Positions 54,600 through 64,000 of a DNA stretch of 64,000 nucleotides are shown piece by piece. Below the pieces are notes generated by a model. It did not search any database and was not told the DNA's origin. It saw only the letters and a program-made list of their open reading frames with translations. Within the stretch, counting starts at the first letter, position 1, and each line of letters opens with the position of its first letter. This DNA comes from Paraspadella gotoi (lineage: Eukaryota; Animalia; Chaetognatha): contig CM119266.1 of assembly GCA_051294375.1 (NCBI GenBank), positions 13,456,735 to 13,520,734 of the forward strand, read 5' to 3'. A program made the position numbers and the translations under genes.

Positions 54600-56288
54600 C
54601 TCTTCAGCCCACTAGCGCATTTCTCCACAAATATATGATCGATGTTGTCACTTAAACTTAAAGACAAAGCTTTGAATAGAAGAGCAAACATCCCTATAAT
54701 TGATTCAGTTCTAATGACCTTCTTGAACTCCTCCTTTTTAAACTCTTAAATAACTTTCCTTACTTTTCGCTATTTCATTTCTTCTAATCAGGACCAAAGT
54801 TATACAAACGATATCTGCCATATATTTTTTGTTTATTCCAGATGCAAAGTCAATTTTTACTCTTATCTTCGTGGTTTTTATCTGTATGTAAAATTTCTAT
54901 TTTTATCAGACATCGTAATTGGAGAGAGTCTCAGAAGAAAGTGTGGCGAGGGAGGAGAAAGAACGTCGGAAAGTATGGAAGTTGTAATGTCGGGAAGAAA
55001 TAAATTATGTTCGGCAAGACAGGTATTAAATTCCACGAAAACCCCTAACTTGAACAAACGGAAGAAGGTTTCATTAAGTCCGTTATCGTTATCGCGCAAA
55101 GAGGAGAGGAGAGAGAAATAGGAGAGAGGAGAGAGAGAGGGAGAGAGAGAGAGAGAGAAAGAGAGATGAGGAGAAAGGAGAGAGAAGAGAGAGAGAGGAG
55201 AGAGAGGAGGAGAGAGAGAGAGAGAGGACGAGAGAGAGAGAGACAGAGTGGTCCGAAAAGATTTCCGCGTTGGATCGATTTCCCCGATATTTTATTTGGT
55301 CGAGTCGATGGAAACTAATCGATAAAAACGAAATGGAAAACATAAAAAGAAATTCGATTATTTTCCTTCGAACCGAAGAGAGAGAGAGAGAGCAGAGAGA
55401 GGAGAAAAAAAAACCCACTCTAAATCCGTTCTCGTTATATATCGAATTGCTTTTCCTCCCCGCTCCTATCCGCTATTGTATGCGCGATATATTTCCGAAT
55501 CGCAACGTTTCAAATCTTCCATAACCACCACTTTTCCATCTTCCTTTTTCCGCGTAATCCGCCTCCTCCTCCTCTTCCTCCTCCTCCTCCTCAGTCCCCA
55601 CTTTCTCAACCCCCCCCCCTCCGCGCCTTGCTGTCTAACAGAGAGATAATAGCATCGCAAATTCCTTATCTCACTGTCTTTCCTATGTGTTGTGCCCCTG
55701 CGCCAGACGATAGAAGAGGAGGCGTCCGGCCACTCACCGCCCGCGCGCCAGTGTCGGCGAGCCGTAGTGCACGCACGAAGGCGCGTGTTTTTCTGCTGAA
55801 AGACGCCTTTGCGTGCGCCTGGTTGTCTTTTTTTTTCGTAGTCTTTTTTTACGGGAGAGACTTAGATAATAACAGTAAGAGTTAAAAATGAAGTTGTCAT
55901 AGCGGACGTATCATTCGAATTAGTACCGACACTCTGTACGTACTTGGTGGTTATGAGTGCATGTGTTCCACTCCTCGCCCATCTTCAACACCTAAAACGT
56001 TTACGTCTTGAGACGTAGAGAAGTTCGGTCGAGAGCTCATGACATGAACACATCAATGGATAACCGACAAAGAAAACGCAAAGTGCGCGTCACTAAAAGA
56101 CTCATGTTAAATTCCTCTCTCTTCTCCTCTCTCCCTTCTCTCCCCCGATTTAAACCTCCTCTCTCTCTCCTCCCTTCTCCGTTCCATCTCTCCGTATCCT
56201 TTTTTCTTAATCTCTGCCAGTGAAGTCGCTGCTCGATCGCGCGTCACGTTTACCGTGTTTTCGAGTTTTTTTTTTCGCCCCTCTCTCT

Positions 56289-56319
<31 letters not shown>

Positions 56320-56321
56320 CT

Positions 56322-56365
<44 letters not shown>

Positions 56366-59300
56366 TCCGCGTGCACGTCACTCGCCTCGCGCACGCATTC
56401 GTGGCGATAGAAAGGAGCGGACGTGCGTCTTTTCGGCCCCTTATTCTCTAAATCTCAAACAAGCGGCGGCAGGGCGCAGCAGCAGCGGCGGCGATCCCTC
56501 GCGTTTTCTATTTTCGCGCAGCGGCGCGTTATCCAAAGTTTGGTCTGATTAGGACGAATTCCATCCAAGATATCCGCGCGCCAGTCCCGGATTTTTTTCC
56601 CTTCTCCATTTTTGATATGTTTTTTTACTTCTTCATTTTCGGATATATATAGAATATTTACATACATATATATTTATGATTTTGACCAAACTTGAAATTT
56701 TAAGATCTTATTATTTCAGTACGTCACATTACTGTTTCTATTTTAAAGGGATTTTGTTGAATTAAGAACTTCTTAATCAGTTGTTTTACGTTAGAAAAAA
56801 TAGGAAAAAATATATAATTACAGTATGTATGAGGAAAAATATTCTTGAAGAGGATTCAATAATGGAAAATATGCAAATTTAAGAAAGACAGAAAAGAAAG
56901 ATTTTTTCTTGCTTTTTTACAAGAAATAGAAGAGAAAATAAAAGAGAAAGGAAACAGGGACAACCTTTCAATTGATTTAACTGATCATCCAACTTTAATT
57001 AAAATATGTTTGGTAGATTAACCAATTTGGTCTATATGGAACTGTAAGTAGCAAGAGAATAATAAAAAAAATCTTTATTATTTTTCGCATCGATTACCGA
57101 AAATACGTTCAGTGCAAATAAAAATTAGTATTTCTTATCCAATGAAAAAATATCGCGGCGGCTTTTCACCGATGAGTCGTAGTTCTCCGCCTCCCGCAGC
57201 CGTCGCCCGCCCAGCAGCACTCCGCCGCGCGCGGCGACTCTTCGCCGCCCTAGGCCGCGAGCTTATCTTTCCCTCGGGCCCATATATGGTAAGCTTATCT
57301 TTAGCTATTGAACGCGGCTCCGTGTTTGCTCGAAGCCCGAAAATAAAAGAAGAAATAACAAACTTTGCTGCGAAGGACGATTAGCGACATAAAGAAAAAG
57401 AATTAAAATTTAGCGAGACAATGTTACAAGGTGAATACAACTATTGAGATAGGAAAGAGAAAGAGAGAGAAGAGAGAGGAGAGAGAGGAGAGGAGAGAGA
57501 GAGAGATGAGAGAGTATGGGCAGAGAGAGAGAGAGACCGAGGCGCATCGTGAAACATAAACAGATCATCCAGATTAACTTCGAATTCAGTTCGATCATGC
57601 AATCTCTCCCTCTCTAAAAATTTCTCCTCGCTTCTTTGCGAAAATAATTCCCTTTAGAATATTTGATGGATTATGAATTTAAAAAGAGGAAAAAAAAATC
57701 TGCATCTACCTAAAAAGAATACTCTCAGGCCTGCGTCCTGTAGTTCGCGATAACAGTGATTAGCACCATGACAAAAAGTGAGGTTTGTGAGGTCTTTGAC
57801 CGGCGACTCTATGTCGACGATCGTCGTTCTAGGATATTTGGTGGACGGCCATTCATTCCCCTCCCTCCGCCCCCCTCCCCGTTGCTAACGGCTCATATTC
57901 ACGCGGTCATTGATCCTCACCGCCTCGATCTCTCACGACGGAAAAAAGACTTTTCCCAACAGAACTTCCAATATTTTTCATCTTCCGGCGTGGACTTCCG
58001 CCGAGAATCCTATTTTCCAAAGAATACAACAGTTGTATTTGACCACGCGTTCTTTCACACCTTATCGCACCGAGAACGGGGTATTCTATCTCTCTCTCTT
58101 CTCTCTTCTCGTCTCTCTTCTCTCTACTGAGTTTCGCCTCATTCCACAAAGCAATGCTATTGTTGCATCTAGTCTTTTCCCTCTTATCTCGCTCTTCTAT
58201 ATCTAATCCATCTTTCCATCACCACAAAGAAAAGAAAGACAAAGAAAATGTTTTCGGCGGCGAAGATAAATAGACAAGGAATGCACTCCGTCTATCGCAC
58301 TCCTACCCGGGCTCACAGTTGCCCTTCTCATTCCATTTCCGCGTGCCACGGCCCTCTTCTTTGGAAAGGGGCGCGCTTTTTTTTCCGGTGCCGCGGGCGC
58401 GTGTCTCTCTTATCTGTTCGTTTCACGGTGGACCAAATTCCAGCGTTGAACTGAGCGCCGGCCACCGAGCGGACTTCTAATCATTTCGGTCAACTTTTCT
58501 CTCTCTTTCTCTCTCCCCTCTCTCTCTTCTCTTTCTCTCCTTCCCCCATTCACACATGAGAAGGAGAAGATGCCCTCTTTTGTCAGGCTTAAGCCCTCCC
58601 TTGTCATACGGGTGTCAGACGCCGAATAGGAGTGGCATCATATCACACTTTGACCAAATCGCGAGAGCGAGAAATTAATGGAATCTATCACGGTCTTAGA
58701 GCTGGAAGACACGAGGACGAGGAGATAAAATAAGAGGAGAAGAGCGACGGCAGGACGTAGAGCGATGTGGGGGAGGAGGAAGAGGAAGAGCGAAACTATA
58801 GTGTGTAATTATCGCGAAAGCTAGAATCACGAAGCGACGTCGTCGCGACTAGTTGGCATTTGTATTTTTTTTTCATCCGATGATGAGATGATGATTATGA
58901 TGATTTGATTGGATTGGATTTGATATCTGATTTAACTTTGATTTGATTTATTATGCTCCTACGACTTTTAATGCACGATTTAAACATGATGATGATTCAT
59001 GCCAAATTTTTAATTTAAGCCATGGCGGTTTGTTATCGATCGTCAACCTTGAGAGGCATGGCATTTTCAACTCAAATCCAAAATCTACATAATTGTAAAG
59101 TTTCTTTACTTCATCAGGCAATTCTAACACGCGAATTCATTTCAAGACTCATAAGTTGTAGTTTTACAATTTATAACTGATCTCGTCCCGTAGCAGCACA
59201 ATCGACTTTTCTCTTCTGCCCAAAAAAACTGTTTCGTGATTCTTTCACTCCTCTAAACCGTCCGTTGCCTCCCGGAAACTCTTTTCTAGTTAAAAAAAAA

Positions 59301-59935
59301 AAATATTGACCCAGGCCTCGAACGCTGACCTCCCGATCCAAAGAACTCTGGTCCGGCCGAGAAGACGAGAGTCTTCCTCTTTTTTCTTCCCGCTTCGCCC
59401 GAAATCTTTTCCGCCGGCGACCGAACTTCATTGCGAATTCAAAATTCGCTCCTTTCGTCGAAGCTGGACCCCGATTTGATATTCACCGCCGGATGGCCGG
59501 GCGTGCGGGCCAGGCGGCGCAGCTCCCTCCTCTGACTCCTGACGTACGAAAGACTTTTTGAGACGTGACGCAAAACGAGATTAAAAAAGCGCAGGCGAGA
59601 GAGGTGATCTTGAAATATCCCTCTCTCAGCCCGCCTCGCCCCCCCTCATAAAAAAAAAGAAAAAAGGGAGCCAGAGGAAAATTCTTATCGGCCTCGAAGA
59701 AAACTCGTTGGAGTGGAGAGACAGCCAGCCGGAATTTTTGCCGGAAGGCGCAGATCCGTCACCGCGAAGTCAGCAGATGACAAGTCGGGAACGCCAAAGC
59801 CGCGGAATACAAAAATCGAAGGAACTCATGCGACACGCGAGAAGAGCGACGACGAAAGGAGAGGACGAGAGAGAGTAACAGTGAGCAAGACGAAGAAGGC
59901 GAGTAGATATTTAACGCCAGTCTTGACACACTTAC

Positions 59936-60135
59936 GGATTGGCCTGCCCATATAAAGTCATGTCGCCGGCGTTCTCTGCATATGGACAGCTTCGGTTAAC
60001 TGTCTGATCAATCCATTTAGGATTGGCAGTGACTTTACTACGAAATTGGCCCAAAATTCTATACGTCGTGTTATTGGGGAACAGACCGCAATTCGGCACC
60101 AATGCCAAGATTCTCAAGGGTTGTAGGAGAACGAC
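59936..60135 (-). CDS. Candidate exon of a further, possibly secreted, protein in low-quality sequence
   Basis: VLLQPLRILALVPNCGLFPNNTTYRILGQFRSKVTANPKWIDQTVNRSCPYAENAGDMTLYGQANP ending at a GTAAGT donor. Two N-x-S/T sequons. A hydrophobic frameshifted stretch lies just upstream and exon-like GC-rich blocks lie at 59310-59830. Confidence 0.35.
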
Positions 60136-61160
60136 TCAGAGCAATATCAATATCAATGTTTATTTATCATAATATCTGACAACACCCATCTTGATGTCGC
60201 AAAACGAAAAAAATATGGTTTTGATTGTCCTCTTATTTTGAGGGTATTTTTATCTCGCCCAGACGATCTTAGGCTCGATTTCTGGTGCCAGATTCTTTGG
60301 TTTAACTTTTTGCTTCTTAAATGACGTGTCGTTTATCGTCTATTACACTTTTTTTTACAATTAGATATTATAAAATGTCTCCTGCAATTTGTAAAAATCG
60401 CAAAATATTCCTCGTTCATATGGACTAACCAGAATTTGTTTGTTTTATTTACCGAAAACAATTAAAAACAATTTTTACATAAAACTATTACGAATTATGG
60501 AGTTAATTCATTTTTAAAAAGTGTGTAATCAAATGACTAGAACAAGAAGCAGCCAATCGCATTTCAGAGGTTGCCTCAATCACGTAAGTTTGTCAATGCC
60601 TGAGTTGAGCAAAACAAAAACTATTGGTGTGTTAAGTTTAATATCTTAAATAACAAAAATTATCCACAAATAAAAAGAGTTTCGTAAATGAATTAATGCC
60701 ATTTCAATAAATTCATTCATTCAATCTCATTTCATTTAATTATTTTTATGAATTTAATTTCATTTTATCATTCAATTCATTTCCATAAAACATCCATTCG
60801 TTAATCATCGCATCAATTCAAAAATTTCGTTATCATCGCATAAATCATTTGGTTTGTTTTATCATGACATATTGAGCGAATTGATCTTTGCATGCTTTAT
60901 GATTTTTTCATGTAATTTATCTTCGCCGCCGAGTGATAGTAAACAGATTGGCGAAATTAATCCTACTAACCTTTTACAGATTATTTATGGTAAATAACCA
61001 AAATTTCAAAATAAAAAAACTTCACCTATTTTTCGCAGAAAGTTGTGTTCTCTCAAAGCTCTCAGGACTCATTCTCAAGTGCCCATTGATCGTTTTCAAC
61101 AGACGCGCAATAAAAAAAAACGGTCGAAATTTCTTACTTAAATAAAAGCAGGGATTCTCG

Positions 61161-61192
<32 letters not shown>

Positions 61193-61458
61193 AGAATTCC
61201 AGATTTCCAAAGGGAAGATAAGGGAGAAAAAGTACTCAAACTAGAGGCAGGAAATCTATAGCAAAGGTCGAAGAGCGAGCAGAGAGCTGACACAGAGCGC
61301 AAAAGAGGAAGAGGAGAGATGGGCTTTCCTTCACTCAAGCAAGGATCTCCGCACGACGGATAGTAACATTTTCGGATCCAAAGCAGCACGCCGNNNNNNN
61401 NNNNNNNNNNNNNNNNNNTGCGAGAGGGGTTAAAGAAGTTGCGCATAGCACTCTTCAG

Positions 61459-62068
61459 TAAGGCTTAGTAAAATTCCTAAATTTAACTTTAATTAAAATT
61501 CTAAAAGTGAGGAACGAACAACATTATACTAATAAACATTTATGTAATAAAAAAATTTATATTAAATTTTACAATTTACGCAGTAGGCCATATTTATACT
61601 AGTACTAAACCAATAAATGTTAAAATTTCAAAACAGTTTTTTCTAAGATTTTTTTGCAGATTTGGATTCGTCATAAAAAGTTGATAAAAAGAAATATAAC
61701 TCTTTTTGAAAAATACATTCATTAACTGGGTCAAAAATTAGAAAAACTTATATTTTAAGCTGGAAATTATTTTTTTATATATTAAATATAGTTTTTTTAA
61801 TTTTTAACCCACTTAATGAAAGAATTTTTAAAAAAGATTTTATTTTTTTTATCAACTTTTGACGAGGAATTCAAATCTGCAATCAAAATTAAGAAAAGCC
61901 TATTTTGAATTTTTTTGATTTTATAAGGAAAGTACTATATATAAATATAGCATACTGCGAAAATTAACAAACAAAAAAATATTTTTTTTTACTAATTAAT
62001 GTTCACTGATGGTATGTTGTTCATAATTGACTTTTAGAATTTTCGTATGTAACTTTCACTACGCCTTA
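61459..62068. mobile_element. hAT-type MITE copy inside the duplicated segment
   Basis: Perfect 8-bp TSD CTCTTCAG at 61451-61458 and 62069-62076; same insertion site as 53973-54599. Confidence 0.9.
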
Positions 62069-63488
62069 CTCTTCAGCCCACTAAGCGCATTCTCCACAAT
62101 ATATATGATCGATGTTGTCACTTAAACTTAAAGACAAAGCTTTGAATAGAAGATGCAAACATCCCTAATAATTGATTCAGTTCAATGACCTTCTTGAAAC
62201 TCCTCCTTTTTATTAAAACTCTAATAACTTTCCTTACTTTTCGTATAATTTTCTTCTAATCAGACCAAAGTTATACAACGATATCTGCCAATTTTTTTGT
62301 TTATTTCGCAGATTGAAAGTCAATTTTTACCTCTTATCTTCGTGGTTTTTATCTGTATGTAAAATTTCTATTTTATCAGACATCGTAATGGAGAGAGTCT
62401 CAGAGAAGTGTGGCGAGGGAGGAGANNNNNNNNNNGTCCGAAAGATTTCCGCGTTGGATCGATTCCCCCGATATTTATTGGTCGAGTCGATGGAACTAAA
62501 TCGATAAAACGAAATGAAAACTAAAAAGAAATTCCGATTATTTTTCCTCGAACCGAGAGAGAGAGAGAGAGGGAGAAAAAAAAACCCACTCTAAATCCGT
62601 TCTCGTTATATATCGATTGCTTTTCCTCCCCGCCTCCTATCCGTTATTTATCGCGATATATTTTCGAATCGCAACGTTTCAAATCTTCCATAACCACGCA
62701 CTTTTCCATCTTCCTTCTCCGCGTAATCCCCTACTCCTCCTCTTCCTCCTCCTCCTCCTCAGTCCCCCACTTCTCAACCCCCCCCCCTCCGCGCCTGCTG
62801 TAACAGAGAGATAAGATAGCATCGCAAATTCCTTATCTCTGTTTTCCTATGTGTGTGCCCCTCGCGCAGACCGATAGAAGAGGAGGGTCCGGCCACTCAC
62901 CGCGCGCGCGCCAGTGTCGGGAGCGTACGTGCACGCACGAAGGCGCGTGTTTTTTTGCTTGAAAGACGCCTTTGCGTGCGCCTGGTTGTTTTTTTTTTCG
63001 TAGTCTTTTTTTTACGGGAGAGACTTAAGTAATAACAGTAAGAGTTAAAAATGAGATTGTCATAGCGGACGTATCATCGAATTAGTACGAACTTGTACGT
63101 ACTTGTGGTTATGAGTGCATGTGTTCCATCCTCGCCATCTCAGAACCTAAACGTTTACGTCTTGACGTAGAGAAATTCGGTCGATACGACAATCAATGAT
63201 AACCGACAAAGAAAACGAAGTGCGCGTCACTAAAACTCATGTTAAATTCCTCTCTCTCTCTCTCCCCTTCTCTCCTCCCCGATTTAACCTCCTCTCTCTC
63301 TCCTCCCTTCCTCCGTTCCATCTCTCCGTATCCTTTATTCTTATCTCTGCCAGGTAAGTCGCTGCCTCCGATCGCGCGTTCACGTTTTACCGTGTTTCGA
63401 GTTTTTTTTTCGCCCTTCTCTCTCTTTTCTCTACTTATTCTCAGTCTCTCCTCCTTCTCTCTCTCTCTCTCTCTCTCTCTCTTCCTCT

Positions 63489-63525
<37 letters not shown>

Positions 63526-64000
63526 TTTCTTTTCCGCGTGCAGCTCACTCGCTCGCGCACGCATTCGTGGCGATAAGGAGCGTGCGTCTTTTCGGCCCCT
63601 TATCTCTAAATTCTCAAAACGAAGCGGCGGCGAGGGCGGCAGCAGCAGCGGCGGCGACCGCCGTTTCTATTTTCGCAGCGGCGCGTTATCAAAGTTTGGA
63701 TCTGATTAGGACCGAATTCCATCCAAGATATCCGCGCGCAGTCCCGGATTTTTTTTCCCTTCCATTTTCTGATATGTTTTTTTACTTCTGTCATTTTTTC
63801 GGATATATTTAGAATATTTACATACATATATATTTATGATTTTGACCAAACTTGAATTTTAAGATTCTTATTATTTCAGTACGTCACATACTGTTTCTAT
63901 TTAAAGGGATTTTGTGAGAATAAGAACTTTTAATCGTTAAATGTTTGGTAGATTAACTCAATTTGTCTATATGGAACTGTAAGTACAAGACAATAAATAT

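Larger units (their letters stand above)
53935..64000. repeat. Direct duplication of about 53935-57065 at about 61420-64000 (uncollapsed haplotype or read redundancy)
   Basis: Colinear near-identity including the same MITE insertion and TSD. Differences are mostly 1-bp indels. The second copy starts right after an N-gap and lacks about 54960-55250 (N-gap) and about 56790-57000. Confidence 0.9.

Noticed and set aside
49700-58800. Apparent enrichment of AGATAA/TTATCT sites upstream of the ZFPM-like gene
   Set aside because: Such hexamers are common in AT-rich DNA; enrichment cannot be claimed without a background count.
41000-64000. MSRRKQ NuRD-binding first exon expected for FOG proteins
   Set aside because: Not found by eye on the minus strand; it may be in an N-gap, outside the window or absent.

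Overview
Eukaryotic, intron-rich, AT-rich genomic DNA, very probably from an invertebrate animal, in a draft assembly with many N-gaps and (GA)n microsatellites. Most ORFs in the supplied track are microsatellite noise, so genes were rebuilt by hand from GT-AG boundaries and exon phase. The minus strand carries a gene with a FOG/ZFPM-type PR(SET) domain (exons 29.1-40.7 kb; no zinc fingers or MSRRKQ start were seen). Nested antisense in the intron that splits this PR domain is a complete 7-exon secreted alpha-carbonic anhydrase. Its motifs look bacterial-type rather than animal-type, making it a candidate intron-domesticated horizontal transfer. The plus strand also carries a long multi-exon coiled-coil protein gene (12.5-28 kb), a 3-exon Pro-rich nuclear protein gene (46.9-48.9 kb) and fragments of a possible membrane-anchored protein gene (4.8-9.0 kb). 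Non-coding features include several non-autonomous DNA transposons (a palindromic hAT-type MITE with 8-bp TSDs, a TTAA-flanked Kolobok-like element and a 1.7-kb TIR element) and two small GC-rich structured-RNA-like islands. Large inverted duplications (1-9.5 kb, 11.5-12.7 kb) and a direct duplication (54-57 vs 61.4-64 kb) are most likely assembly or amplification artefacts. All family assignments come from motif recall; no searches were run.
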